A stretch of 64,000 nt of DNA from Hamiltosporidium tvaerminnensis FI-OER-3-3. Lineage: Eukaryota > Fungi > Microsporidia. A program made the translations under genes and the position numbers. Of the stretch, positions 50,301 to 63,200 are shown piece by piece. Numbering within the stretch: position 1 is the first letter of the stretch; the number at the start of each line of letters is the position of its first letter. The stretch spans positions 930,001-994,000 of the forward strand of contig CM061246.1 of the NCBI GenBank assembly GCA_022605425.2, read 5' to 3'. The notes beneath the pieces are model-generated. The model was not told the DNA's origin. It saw nothing but the letters and a program-made list of their open reading frames with translations, and searched no databases.

Positions 50301-51979
50301 AAAGTATAAATATTACACAACAAAAACCAACAAAAGAAAAGTTTATTTTGTTTCCTTTGAACATTTCGCTTTTAAATTTTCCCGATATTCCTGAAAAAAT
50401 GGAGTTAAGACCGATTACACTGAGTGAATACAATGAAATAAAAAACACACTTTCGAATATTGGAAGAAGATCTCCTGATAAGAAATCCCTCGTCGTTCAT
50501 AAAGAATGGTCGAATTATCTTGCGACAAAAAAAGAAGAACCCTTATTAGAATTTCTTAAAAAAAATGAAGATTTATGTGAACCGTTATGTCAGTGTATTA
50601 TAGGTCAACTTTTAAAGGAACCACATTCTTCAAAATTTATAGATTTATTACAAAAAGTTATGTCGTTTTCTTTTAGAACTGCGAATGAAGTTATTTCTTG
50701 GCTTATTTATGCTGATGACGAAAGAAAATACAATTCTGCTTTAATAACTGAATTTATCAAAAGAAAGATTCTCAATCCATTAGAATACGATCAATACATG
50801 GCAAAGATTGTCTTAAATAAGACAGAATTTGTTTTATCGGTTCTACAACGATTGCTTCTTTCCGATGTAAAATATTGTACTCCTTATGATTTTATCTTTA
50901 CAATCGAAGTTTTGGCAAAATTTAATGAAGAAAAATACGACGATGGTGTTTATGAATTTTTAAAAAATGTGAGTTATTTAATCATCGAAAGTAATATTTC
51001 GACAGAAAATATAAATTTAGAAAAAATTAGTAATTTAGAAGGAGTTTTTGAAAATGATTTGGATTTAAATTGGATTTATATTTACATTCAAATTTCATGG
51101 GATCATTTTGTTAGGTATTCAAGAATTCCTTCTTCTTATTGCTACGCTAAAATAGATTTGCTTCCAAAAACACTTTTAGAAAAAGAATGGAGTCTTGCTA
51201 AAGAAGGTATAAAAATTATGATAAATTGGTTTATTTCATCTTGGGAAAAGGGATGTTATTTATCTTACAAAATGTTTCATCGATTCATAGTAATTCTTTT
51301 TAGATATTTAAGTATTTCAATAGAAAGTAGAAATATGGTTTATTCTATTTTGAAGTTGTTTTCACCTGAGAATATGCCTTTTTATTTTATTGGATATTTG
51401 GAATTGGTAAATGAAAAAATTACAAAAGATTTATTTTTTAATCAAGATGGTTGTACTTTTGGTGTTGAAATATGTCTTTCTCTATTGAAAGGTGCAAGAA
51501 TATTCAATAATGATTATGTTTTAAGTATTGTTGAACAAATATTTTATAAAATATTTGAAAAATGCGAGCCTTTCTTTGTTGAAAATAGTTGGCTGTTTTC
51601 ATATCAATGTCCAAACAAATTTGATAAATTAAAAAATCTTTTAAATTCCAAAAGATCTGTCACAACAAAAATTTCAGGAAATTCTGCCTACATAAAAATT
51701 TTGAACGCTTTAAGAACAGAAAATATTGAAAAAGTTTTGGAAGTCATTTCTGAATATGAAGATACGAACGATAGAAAGTGGATTATATATGGATTAGTTG
51801 ATAATTTGGTAGATAACAATAATATTTCTAATTGTGCGATTAAAGTGATTGAAAAGACATTAAATAAATTTAAAGAAGAAATTGGTGGTGTTGTGGTTTG
51901 TAGGTTTATGTGTGGGAATGGTCCAGAAAGTTTAGAGGTTTGCTACAATAGATTTTTTAAAGTAGAAAGTAAAAAATAG
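47375..51979 (+). CDS. NOT1: CCR4-NOT scaffold subunit Not1 (Cdc39)
   Basis: ILSSRRDHLNLSLW, IG.LIGRLTLSQNK, SLVFKPNNPY, AIDFSIREI, LIYADDERKYN and LFSPENMPFYFIGYLELV match Not1 conserved blocks. 1534 aa; CCC at 47366-47368. Confidence 0.93.
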   Translation: MDINNDHILKHHFQLISPQKLTKSFVNSIINENTTNTQITSLIFYFISSDLPWDYKEIFSLISQKATHLNWNEIFLFDSTDFNPPDSSCFKHIFDIWNAVTKQPFPYQIFFKKWKNSRAQDFFIIFYLSDPIPITPIITNIPLKYLKNIKIDHPLNSIEIFTLLPFYPHHLITLKKLSPFYTIFGLCLIYPNFFSVLSELFIAFTPENPNLIYIIFNLNPTLCITLTSLLNSNVMSLSRILDLTLEYKMLPYLSETLMPPYFCFDIIILSSRRDHLNLSLWITNTYANRKENFSQTFLMYLYDKFLNEENSKNKIRSEFSYRNGNAVQETDEFFPLNAEVIISIIQTLDILSKSFSRETVLLFSKFKNVLPLEIKSLISKKTTLDQHANEFISSIIKNKKRTDYIALLSKYVKGTPQEKDLALKIFSLLYSNFSSLAKVNSEILCEVYAKLLEKKILTPFYQKKILSVISNALKLKDTQIREYQFALKIFDMIVNCINDFPEFEREVREINGISERIGGEGIAIYEESEDGEMTRIEFYEAIYSSKNRIYFSRNKNNSGIINILCSSDSNCASEYFKYGSQEISISFETDLHTLVTITNNFLKKNPESYIFLVKHILNDHLCKEKITPLTNYLLLVKDPFLTFFIGRSLNVLYYIIDLKPHKSFALSYAQDIGVLIGRLTLSQNKIFPLEIFDCKAFTLYGIKKHRVILVTTFLTCFLSQSINSLVFKPNNPYILMLLQLLSNIYHSFGLSVIRERITHLFNLLNINVLRKTQSFSYYNYLTEYILGEVDSTSRHIISMAIDFSIREISTCILERISGIAEKTSVGIFYLNLEEDVMPDFMHVNTLMLNLVSALTHVTSHEPIKASICANISHFLKLANLEVEMERINEIADKNVELCCKIIEKVGISRILYGGGVRKVDDIKIKKATELLKSREMVVDFDQNDYEFDDFETKPINAHKQTKDISIEPNDLHKQIESINITQQKPTKEKFILFPLNISLLNFPDIPEKMELRPITLSEYNEIKNTLSNIGRRSPDKKSLVVHKEWSNYLATKKEEPLLEFLKKNEDLCEPLCQCIIGQLLKEPHSSKFIDLLQKVMSFSFRTANEVISWLIYADDERKYNSALITEFIKRKILNPLEYDQYMAKIVLNKTEFVLSVLQRLLLSDVKYCTPYDFIFTIEVLAKFNEEKYDDGVYEFLKNVSYLIIESNISTENINLEKISNLEGVFENDLDLNWIYIYIQISWDHFVRYSRIPSSYCYAKIDLLPKTLLEKEWSLAKEGIKIMINWFISSWEKGCYLSYKMFHRFIVILFRYLSISIESRNMVYSILKLFSPENMPFYFIGYLELVNEKITKDLFFNQDGCTFGVEICLSLLKGARIFNNDYVLSIVEQIFYKIFEKCEPFFVENSWLFSYQCPNKFDKLKNLLNSKRSVTTKISGNSAYIKILNALRTENIEKVLEVISEYEDTNDRKWIIYGLVDNLVDNNNISNCAIKVIEKTLNKFKEEIGGVVVCRFMCGNGPESLEVCYNRFFKVESKK

Positions 51980-52469
51980 GTTAATTTTATATAAAATATA
52001 TTATGGTGTTGTGTAAAATAAAAATCGTGAAAGTGAATTGTTTTTCTATAAATTTTAAATTTTTAAAAACATATTTAAATGTATTTCTATTAACAATTTT
52101 TAACTGTGAAATTTCTATTTTGGATTTTTAAGTTTATTATTTACTATTTTTTTTATAATTTATAGCATTTACATTGCAATGCTATCATTTATAGAAAGCT
52201 GCTTTTGGATTTTTAAACTAATAAAAAATTGAAAATAAATTTGGAAATATTTGTCGAACACTTCTTCCCTTGAAACATAATAATTTGATTGTACAAAATA
52301 AAGCCTAGTTTTATGCATGAAAAGATGAAACTTACCTTATAATGGCTTAAATATTCTATTTTTAACAATAAATATACTATATGATTAGAGAACATATATT
52401 AGTTGTTACTTTAAGTGTTTTGAAATAAACTGATTGAACAATTTTTGCATATATTTCTTATTTGAAATC

Positions 52470-54550
52470 GATCAAATAATTTTGACTTTTTTTGTCAATC
52501 TTAAATCAACGTGGAATGAAGTCAAAAAAGCTTATGGTTCCATCTATTGAATATAATTTTAAGCTTAATGCGAAAGTCTATATTTATCCGATTCCCTCCA
52601 GAAATGTACCAAAGTAAAAATATAAAAATGGAAAATTAATATTTTAGTAAGACTCAAAGAAATCATGAACAAGAAGATTGATAAAGTGGTAATGCAGAAA
52701 TATAATCTGTCATTATTGTTGCTTGTATATAGGGATTCATTATTCCGAAATTTTAATGAGAAATAAATAGGTTGGCAATATGCACGAAGGACGTATCACA
52801 CTCACCAATCTTATCTTGTTCATTGATCAACTCAAGTTCCTTGCTAAAGATAGACAACATTTAACAAATAACTAGGGAGGTACAAATTTTTATGAAAAAC
52901 ATAGTATTGGAAGTCAACAAAGATTGATCGGTCATAAATGATCTCTGCTGTGAAGATACCGCTAGTTTTTAAAAAATATAAAATTACAAATATTCTGGGA
53001 TAATATAAAATAGCAGAAGAATGCAAACATTAAAGTCATTTGATGAAATGTAGATTAAACATATAGCACGAGTATATAGAATTTGCTGCACAAGATTAAA
53101 TGCAAGAAATTTATTTCAAGCCATCAGTTAACATGTAATGTTTTTAGGAAACTATTCATAGGTAACCTCGACTTGAAATTCCGGCTTGTCCATGTTATAT
53201 GATGCAATACGAGCAGTTTAGTGAAAAAGAAATCACATTCAAGCTATAAAGAATGTCTTTACAATCTCACAGGAGAATTGGGAAGAAGGTTACATATGTC
53301 AGTTCAAAAGCGAACATATACTTTTGAAACTCATGGCTTGTCTAGAAAAATCTAAATACATATCTACCAGAAGGGCAGCAATCCCAAATCGAGATAACAT
53401 TAACAAAGCTTATCTTGCCCTAAAAAAAGACTGTTTAAATTTAAAATAAGGGACGGAATAGGAATTTACAAAGAAGAAACCAGAAGATGCTCAACTAGCC
53501 AACTTATAAAGAAAAATCGACAGCTAAAAACCAAATTCAAATTATACAATCCTATAAAAAACGAACTTGTAGGGTAAATGGCACCTCAAGTGTGATAAAA
53601 ATAAGGGGTGGAAGACCACGCGATGAAGCAGTTTTTTTGCTATGTTAAGGATAAAAATGTATTTTAAGCTGAGATAATGTGTGCTAACAATGCATCACAT
53701 CCCGAAAACAGTAGACTATTTAAGTACGAGATAAAAAAGTGTACAGTCATGACTATACTAGACGATACAACGAAATAATACGATACCTACACTTATTCCT
53801 ACTGAATAGATATAAATGCAAATCATCAAAATGAATTAGGAGTCACTCAGTTCATGAAATTTTTGATAGCGAGTATGCAAAGCTATGAGTGGACATCAGA
53901 ATAGAAGCTGATGTTAAAATTAGGAATAATATACCAGATATATTCATTTATGATAAGAGGCAAAATAGGATAACCCACCTTGAAGTAGGGATCACCCCCA
54001 AGATTCTCTTCTAATGGTTTAAACAGAGAAGCTTAGAAGCATGGTCTATTGGCTAATGATTTAAGCCTTATTTATAAATTTAGGGTTGAGATAATACTTT
54101 ATGTGGTGATCTTGAACGGTATTGTGTAAAATCACATAAAAGTATGTAAAAAGATTAATAATACTCATGAATGTAAAGCCATACATTTATTCGATAGTAC
54201 TCAAGAAGACGGTGAAACAATATCCTATGATTGAAGAAAATAATTTGGGTCTCAGACTAAATTCTAAAGAGAGTTGTGAAAGAGCTTCATTAAGCGTTAT
54301 TGAAGCAGCTGAGATACACAAACAACCAACACCTTCTTTAGATCAAGTGAACAACAAGGGATATGGTGTTAAAAAGTGCGAATCAATAATATTTACCCCT
54401 TATTTTAGATGACGTGTAATCACACTAAACAAACTTGCAATAGACATGAAATAAGAGTTGAATTCAAGAGAGTATAATGAATTGGCTAAAAAGTGGAAAA
54501 AATTATATAAAAGAGATAACTTCATCAACCCAGAATTTTATTAAATAAAA
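52470..54550 (+). mobile_element. Old decayed 3'-half copy of the R4/Dong-clade LINE
   Basis: W.EVKKAYGSI ghost at ~52510, GAATTAGGAGTCACTCAGTTCA shared with other copies, ends AACCCAGAATTTTATTAAATAAAA (54527-54550). Confidence 0.9.
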
Positions 54551-55544
54551 TATTTTTGTTATTTAGTATATAATGGCTATTATTAAATAAATGTCATAGA
54601 AACAATTCAAACAAGTTATAAAATATTTCATAAAAAAAAGGGATTCTAGATGAGAAAATATAATTAGAATTAAAAATATTCATTTTAGTATTTATTCAAT
54701 TTTCTAGCATATACTTATGATTTATGAAACCCAATTTAGGTTTCTGTAAAAAAGCTAATCTTTCTTTAATCTTGAATCTTAAAGATACAATATTTTTGTT
54801 TTTAAAATTGATTAAAATTATAGTTTAAACTCTCTTTGTACAAGCCGAAAATATAACTTACCAAAATGAGAATATATAGTATTTTGTTTAGCCATAATAA
54901 CAAATCAAATTGGGAACTGTAATGTTTGTTATTTGTATTTATTCATAGTTTGAGAAGCTAAAAGGTATGTAAAGTAAATAAATTATTTGAACTCTTTTTT
55001 ATTGAGATAACAAAAGTAGCTCAAGAAGTACAAATATATGTATTTTCTTTTGGTATATTTTCCATCATAAAATCAAAGGAACATGAAACATGATTTAGTA
55101 AACTTTATTTTTTTTACTAAAAGTTAAAAGTAAAGAATTTAACCTAAACAAATATTTGATTATATAATGCACTATATAGTCCTTGAAATATATTTGCTTT
55201 TCCTTTTTTATTTTTTAAATTATTTTTGTTGTTTATTCTACGATTTATAATATAACAATTAAAAGAGAACAAAAAAAATAAAATTTGAAAGTTTAAAAGG
55301 CACGTTTGAAGTATTTTTTTAAAAAAAAATAGTATTACTGGAAATCTAAAAAATATTTACTTGTTTCTAATCATTTTTCTAAGCAATTTTCTAAGAAGTT
55401 TTAATTTTTTGGTAAAAAATTTAATAACATTTATATCTCTGGACTAAAATTGATATTTTTTCTTTTAATTTATATTTAATTCCATATTTTTTTGTGTTCT
55501 TCAAATATAAAAATTTAAAAGAATTTAGTTTGAATCCCTTAGAA

Positions 55545-57095
55545 ATGATTACATTTGAATCCAAAATATTGTTATTAAGAAAATATAAAAGTTATTACAA
55601 TGCCATTTTTTTGACATCTGCATTATTGCAAACAAATCCTAATTATATAACAATATTAGGAATACTTTATTATGAAAGTGGCCAGTTTTCACAAGCTCTT
55701 AATATACTTCAGTCTCTTTCAACCACAACATCCAAATACTATGAATCACTCTGTTTATATAACTTACGAGAATATTCCAAAGCGATTGAAATTTTACAAA
55801 ATTTAATTTCTAATAATTTTAAATTAGACACACCTTTCAATTCAGAATTTGATAGCTTGATTTTACCGGTGAATCCTGAAATTGTGAGTGAATTACTTGG
55901 TATGTTATTAACTCTTAATGGCGAACGAGAAAAAAGCTTGTCTTATTTTCAAAAGGCATTCTATACATCAGAGTTACCCTATTCTTTTCAAGAATTATTA
56001 TCAGAAAATAAATTTTCGGATATAACTAAAGAATTAAAAGGATTTTCTGATTGTTTTTCAAACGAATCTTCCAATAAAATTTTTTTTGCAAATAATATTT
56101 GTAGAAAATATTTTGAACACAGACTATATTTAAAAACGGGATCGAATATTAAAAATTCTAAACTTGTAAATTCAATGGTGAAAAAATATTCTAAATTTTT
56201 TCCGGGTTTGGGATCATTTTTTCTTGCTGAGGTGGCAAAAGATGTATTTGAAAGTGGACTGACTGAATTAAGTCAAAAATTATTCGAAGAATTGAGAAGA
56301 AGGGATCATACGGCAATACAAAACATGGATGTGTTTTCAACTGTATTATGGCATTCTAAAGATATTTCGGGGTTGGGTATATTATGCAGAGAATTGATAA
56401 GAAGTAATCCAATGAGCTACGCTACATGGACATCACTTGGAAACTATTTTTCGTTTAAAGGGGATCATCATAGAGCTACTTTGTGCTTCAAAAGAAGTAT
56501 TTTTATTTCAAAAAATTACTATGCCTATACTTTATTGGGACACGAATGTATTTTGAAAAACGAGTATCAGTTAGCATTGCGAAATTTTCTTGGAAGTTGT
56601 AAAATGTTTATTCATAATTTTAATGCAGCATTTGGCTGTGGAATGGTATATTCAAAAACAGATAAAATAGACAATGCCGAGTTCTTTTTCAAAAAAGCAA
56701 TTGCTTTTAATTCAAAAAATACGCTCTTAAGACTTTTGATTTTGCAGTTTTATAATCGATGTTCTCTTTATGGAAGAATTGTGGAAAATATTCGGGACAT
56801 TTTTTTGGGTCAAAAGGAATACGATAGTCGAGATTTAGGCATAATTCTCAAAGAAATTTTTCCTGTTATGATTTCTAAATTTAAAAGTACGGAAACAAAC
56901 GAACTGATTCTATTGGAGATGGTAGATGTCTTATTGCATTATCAAATGGAAGAAGAAGCTAAAACAATTATTGACATGGTTAAAACACGAGGAAGGATAT
57001 ATTTTTCTAAAAAGACATTAATAGATAATCGAAAAAATGATAATAAGAAAGAAGATTTTGATTCTACAACATTTTTTTCTGATGAAGTTTGCTAA
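55545..57095 (+). CDS. CDC27: Anaphase-promoting complex subunit 3 (TPR protein)
   Basis: MDVFSTVLWH, TWTSLGNYFS..GDHHRA..CFKR, YAYTLLGHE, HNFNAAFGCGMVY. Start moved from the track's GTG at 55494 to the in-frame ATG at 55545, which has CCC at 55536-55538. Confidence 0.9.
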   Translation: MITFESKILLLRKYKSYYNAIFLTSALLQTNPNYITILGILYYESGQFSQALNILQSLSTTTSKYYESLCLYNLREYSKAIEILQNLISNNFKLDTPFNSEFDSLILPVNPEIVSELLGMLLTLNGEREKSLSYFQKAFYTSELPYSFQELLSENKFSDITKELKGFSDCFSNESSNKIFFANNICRKYFEHRLYLKTGSNIKNSKLVNSMVKKYSKFFPGLGSFFLAEVAKDVFESGLTELSQKLFEELRRRDHTAIQNMDVFSTVLWHSKDISGLGILCRELIRSNPMSYATWTSLGNYFSFKGDHHRATLCFKRSIFISKNYYAYTLLGHECILKNEYQLALRNFLGSCKMFIHNFNAAFGCGMVYSKTDKIDNAEFFFKKAIAFNSKNTLLRLLILQFYNRCSLYGRIVENIRDIFLGQKEYDSRDLGIILKEIFPVMISKFKSTETNELILLEMVDVLLHYQMEEEAKTIIDMVKTRGRIYFSKKTLIDNRKNDNKKEDFDSTTFFSDEVC

Positions 57096-57278
57096 ATAAA
57101 TGAAACCAATTCCTAAGTTGTTAAAAATGTATTAAAAATATAAATATAAATAAATCTTACATTTTTAATTGAAAATCTTTTATTTTTAATTTGATTTTAT
57201 TTTTTGAAAATATATTATCTACTGTTTTGAAATCTAGAATATCTAAAGACATTTTTGAGACGAAATAAAAAAGAAATA

Positions 57279-59031
57279 CTCCCTCTGTCCGGAAATATGG
57301 TATACATTTTAGCGATTTTTTTGTCCGGAAATATGGTATACATTTGCGAAAAAATAAAATAAATCAAAAAATGTATGTGACAAGTTTATTATATTACCTT
57401 TATTTGAACATTTTAATAAATATTAATGTAAATATTATAAAATTTAAAAAAATAAATATTAAAATTAATAAGTTCACTCGAAATTTGATTTGGCTTTAAC
57501 CTATGATTCTTTCGAACATACATATTTTTCTAGCAGTCGACCTTCGCGACGAAGTTTTCCTTTACTTAAATAAAGTATTTTATAGCTATTTCCTCTATCT
57601 GCTAACATAATTGACTCCATACATGCTTGCAATGTTGTAAAAATGTTATCGAGAGTATTCACTTCAAATTGATGAAATGCATCTTGAACACAATTTATTA
57701 ATTCGTTGATTGTGTGTGGCGAAGTTTCATGTTGCAGCGATTATATGGAGTTGAAAATACCTAAATCGAGAACATTTAAATCGGGGCTATTTGCCGGTTG
57801 CGCCTTAAATTTAATATTCCAGTCATCAGCAGAACCAAGAGCGACAATATCTGCATCATTATCAGAAAAATGGGGTTTTGCATTGTCTTGTTGTACGTAA
57901 ATTGTTTTCTTTTTGTATGCTGGCGGAAATTTAGATTTAATTGCGGGAATTACATTATCAATGATCATGTTTTTGCAATGTACTGCTGTAACAGATTCCA
58001 CATTTTTTGTTATCATTGTCGCTTTAGCCCTATTCTTAGAATTTCTTTGAGCTGGTTCTTGATAAACAAATGGCCATATTCCAATTTTTCCATCAAAATA
58101 AAGCTTTCGATGTGCATCATAGCGTGGTCGAGCTACTGCAGCCATGAACATTATTTTCGTAATAAATCGCTTAATTTTGCAGTTTCTCTCCGGGTTTTCT
58201 TCGTTTAACATTAAGTAATAAGAGCGCTTAACTTTAGTTAGATAAAACCACTTTTTATCGATGTGAACGTAGTCGTACAAATCATCAAAAAGCAAATCTC
58301 CATTATTAGCAAGATTTACTTTAGACAAGCAAAATTTCAATCTGTCCATTTTATTTTTATCTGTTAAAGTTGGTTTAACTGTAGAAGATATTCTCTTGAT
58401 ATACTTTACCGACTTGAATATATCAAACAAAGTTGATTTTGGAATAACAATTGCAAAGGAAAGACTGCGGAGCGTTCCTCGACGATTTAATGGTGTATTC
58501 CTTATTTGCGCTAAATTGTTCGAATATTCTTTAGGTTTTCTTCCGCATCTTTTTTTCTTTTTTGAAGAAACATCGGCACATATCTTGCCTTTTCTGTATT
58601 GAGTTTGTGCTGCATGCCAAATTCTGCTAACGGTTAGCCGGGAAACTTGAAAGGCAGAAGAAACTTCGTTGATGGCACGTGTTTTAACTTATTCTCCTTC
58701 ATCTGCTGTAATAATTTTTCTAAAATACCTTAGCGTTGTTCTCTAGTTAATTGTTTATATTTTGAATCTCTTTTTTCTGAATTTAACAAATTTTCTTCCA
58801 CATTTTCCATATTCGTCTTGCAGCGGCACTAATTTTTTTTACCTTAAGAAACACTGATGTTTGAGCGGTAACTTTTTAACTAAGAATGATATTACTAAAG
58901 TCAAAAATTTTAGGTTATATTGTCATGAATATTTACTATGACAATGTCATGACGGTTGCCTATTTATTTTTTATATTCACGATAATCTACGGTTTTTTTG
59001 AAATGTATACCATATTTCCGGACAGAGGGAG
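57279..59031 (-). mobile_element. Tc1/mariner DD39D-family transposon (1753 bp), Stowaway-type TIRs, TA target duplication
   Basis: Perfect 31-bp TIRs CTCCCTCTGTCCGGAAATATGGTATACATTT at 57279-57309 and 59001-59031; TA on both flanks. Confidence 0.95.
57474..58810 (-). pseudogene. DD39D mariner transposase, inactivated
   Basis: HID(K)KWF, QQDNAKPH, QPANSPDLNVLD with 39 residues between the second and third Asp. Premature stops near 58730, 57741 and 57501, and a frameshift near 58680. Confidence 0.92.
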
Positions 59032-60281
59032 TAACACATATAAGGAATAATCTATTCGGATTATTAAAAGATTTTAATGTGTAAATTCTATTCGTGTACA
59101 ACCGGTAATTATATTCCCCGAAATATTATCCTATCACAACCTACGAAATAATTATAGCTTATAAATTTCTGAAAAAATTCGACTAATTTATATAAATTTC
59201 TCTTCTTTATGTAAACCTTCATTGTAAGTAAAATTTTAATTTTTTTTAAAAAATTCATTAAGTTTAGATCAGTAATTTCTGCCTTACATTAAATATTGAT
59301 CAAAATATGTTAAATAGTTAAAAAAACGTTTAAGCGTATTGAACGCAAAAAAGAATGGGTATGTTATATTTCTTTTGATAAAATTATAAAAAAATGTATA
59401 TGCTGATCTTAATTCATAAATAGCTATAAATTTTATAAAAATCTATAATGTTTATGAATAATAAGTATAAAATTGTAATAGTTTTCCCATTACTTCGAAT
59501 CGAAATGATTTTTATTTGTATTTAAATTAATCATCTAGTTAAATTAATCAAATTTCGTTAGATTATACAGTATTAGATGCCTTTGATTTGAAAATTAATA
59601 CTATCTTTCAGAATTTTGATTATTAAATCATTTTACTAAAATATGTTCTAAGTTAAAATCAAAATCCCTATCTTATTGGTTTATAACCTAATTGATTCAT
59701 TAAATAGACAAAAATTTATCATATTGTGATTAATCGGTAGCAAACAGAAGTTTAATTATAAAAAAAACTTAAATGAAACAGGAGTCGAAGGATATATATA
59801 AATTTTCGCAAGATTATAAAAATAACATATTAACTTTTTAATCAAAAAACTGGGATGGCATTCTAGATTTTATGGTTCAGTAATATTAGAATAATTTATT
59901 TAGAATTTTAATGCCTAAATAATTTTGTTTTACCTTAGAATGTAAGCCCATAATCCCCACATAACATTAAAATCCACCATTTGGACCCAAAAATTAAATT
60001 AAGCACATTCCAGCTATTATCTATACTTAAAATATAGGATTTTATGAACTTTATTACCTTTGTTTGGTTTTTTTGAGACAATATGGTCGAAAAATGATCT
60101 AATAAAACTTCGATAAACATTCACAAGTTATGTAATATGATATTGGGTATAAAAAACCTTTTCTATAATAAAAGGCTTGATACTAATAGAAAAGAAAAAG
60201 AATTTCCTAAAAATCATCTAAACGATCGAAAAAAACATATAGCTCATTAACCTATTAAATTGGGGATAAACATTATTAATA

Positions 60282-63200
60282 TTTTTATTTAATAAAATTC
60301 TGGGTTAAAATATTTTTTACCATTTTTTACATGTTTTCTTCTACCTCTTTAACCACTTTTGTCTCTTCTTCCAAATCCGACTCTTCATTTATGTTATTGG
60401 TCGGTTCCTCTAAAGTGGTTCCTCCTTGTAAAATAAAGGGGGCTTTATATTTTGGTTTAAAATTTTTGGCACCATCTTCCTCTGTTTTCGCTTCTTTTAA
60501 AGGGGGTATTGGTTCCTCATGCATCTCTGATCTCATAATAACACCCATTGACGCTCTCTCCCAGCTCTCTTCGGCATTTAGTCCTGACTCAAGTCCTCTT
60601 CGTCGATCAAAGGAAATAGTTTCGACTGTCTTTTTAAGTACTATAGACTGAATGTATGCTTCTACATTCATGGGTATTTCTAGTCTTTTAAGATGAGATT
60701 TATGGTATTTTGTCACAATACCGTCCCAGGTCATCACATAAGGGATTATCTCAACACTACACTTATAAATAAGGCCCAACTCATTGGCTAGCAGGTCATA
60801 CTTCCTAAGTTTTTCAGTTTCAACTATTTGAAGTGAATCTTGGGAAGTGATTCCTACTTCAATGAGTGTTATCTTATTCTTCTTCTTATCTAAAATAAAT
60901 ATGTCTGGTCTGTTATTCCGAATTTTAACATCAGTTTTAATTCTGGTGTCCACTCTTATCTCTGCATACTCATTATCAAGAATTTCTTGAACTGAGTGGC
61001 TCCTTATTCGTTTTGAAGACTTAAACTTATATCTATTTAGAAGGAGAAGGTGTAGGCATCTAACCACTTCATTATGCCGTCTAGTGTAATCATGGCCTAG
61101 CATTTTTTCACATCTAGTTGCTAGATGATCCACAGTCTTACCAGACTTCCCGCAATGTTGACACACACCATCTGCTCCCCAGAATACATTTCTATCCTGG
61201 ATATAGCAGAACACAGCTTCATTTCGTGGCCTAATATTTCCTCTCTTTAGCCATCTTGAAGAGTCACTAACACTCACAAGCTCATTTTTCCTTGCATTAT
61301 ATAACTTTGAATGGAGTTTTCGTTTTTCTATTTCGTTATATAGTTTTGCAAGTTGAGCTTCTTCTAAACTTTTCTTAGTGACTTCTTCTGCCAACCTGTA
61401 CTTTACTTTTAAGAAGCCTTTTATTAGTGCAAGATGGGTTTTATTATTATTCTCCACCTTGAGGATTGCTGCTCGTCTAGTTGATATTTCTTTACTTTTT
61501 TCCAGACAATCCAAGAGTTGCAGAAGCATATGTTCGCTTCGCAACTCAACACTATGTAGGCCTCTTCCAAGTTCTGTTCTAGGAAGATACAACCGCTCTT
61601 TACATCCTGGGCGGAGATGTATCTTATTTTTAACCAACACCGCACGCACTGCATCATCTAACTTAGAGAAGTCAGCCGGTTCAAGTCGAAGTACTCCTAT
61701 GTGGTAGTTGATTAACGATATCGCATGTTGATTGATTGCAGAAAATAAATTTTTTGCATTTAATCTAGTGTGACAAAGTCTTTCAACTCTTGATATAAGT
61801 TTGCTCTGTACTTCTTCAAATGAGCTACGTGTTGGGATTCCTCTGCTATCTTCTATTATTCCTAAATATTTGTAAACACTAACACCTTCTAGAAGAGTAG
61901 CAGTATCTTCACAACACGTATCATTTGTGGCTGACTTCTCTTTGTTAATCTCTAAGCCAATCACCTCTAAAAATTCCTTTGCCTCGCCTGTCATAGCACT
62001 CAATGTGGAGCTGTCTTTTGCAAGGAGCTTAAGATCATCAACAAACAAGAGATGATTAGTAGAATGGGATTCTGCATCTGTTTGTACTGTCACTTTTGTG
62101 TATTTTTCATTAAGCTTTCGGCTTAATGGATCCATACACAACACAAATAACAAAGGTGACAGACTATCTCCTTGCAGGATCCCTCTATCAATCTTCTTGC
62201 TCATGATTTTTTCAGGCCCTACTGATATATCAATTTTCCATTTTGATATAATTACCTTAATAAATTTCAGGATCCAATCAGGTAAATTAAGGTTTTCAAT
62301 GCATTGAGTTAAATAAGCATGATCTATTGAATCATAAGCTTTTTTAACATCAATCCATGTTGCCTTAAGATTGTTTCCGTACTCTTTATTTAAGGCAATA
62401 TTCAGTAGAGCCTGCTCTTTCGCTCCCTGCACACCTCTTACCGCCCCTAGTTGGTTCTCTGCAAGCAACCCTCGCCTTTCCACTTCAAGTTGAACGACTT
62501 TCGTTACACACTTTGTCGTTAACTTATAGAGGTTGGACATACAAGTGATTGGCCTGTAGTCAGAGCCTCTTCGTGGAATTCCTTTCGGTATCAAATACGT
62601 AAGCCCGCAGTAAAACCAATCAGCTTGAGGTGTTCCTTCTAAACATATAACTTTCACAATATCATAAAGATATTTGTGAAGAGTTGTAAGTTTCTTAATG
62701 AAAAAATTGTAAATACCATCAATTCCAGCAGCTTTCCAATTAGGGAGCCAATTAATGATATTCACAAATTCATCAAGTGAAGGAAACGTGGTCGGATGAT
62801 TATCTGATACAAATGGAATCAAATAATCATCGTACGTGACTGTGTCATCATTTTTGTTCCACATTGTAGACCAAAAACTCACAATTTCATCACGGCTAAC
62901 CACATGCTCGGATTCCACACGCTCAGATAACCCACGATAAAATCGACCTCGGAAAAGCTCAAACATACGATTCTCTTTTCGGAATTGCTTCCTACTTTCA
63001 TGCATCGTAATTTTTTTCTCGTAAACATTCAAAGACTCATTCTTCTTAACTAAAGCCTCAGAAAGATCAGTTACGCTGCTCAAGTTTAAATTAAACTCTC
63101 GCATGATTTTCTTAAGGCTCTTCGTTTCCGAAGTGGAGAGCTTTTCCTGCTTACGAGCCTTCTCGAGAAGATCTTTGGAAAGTACTAACTTAGAAATTTT

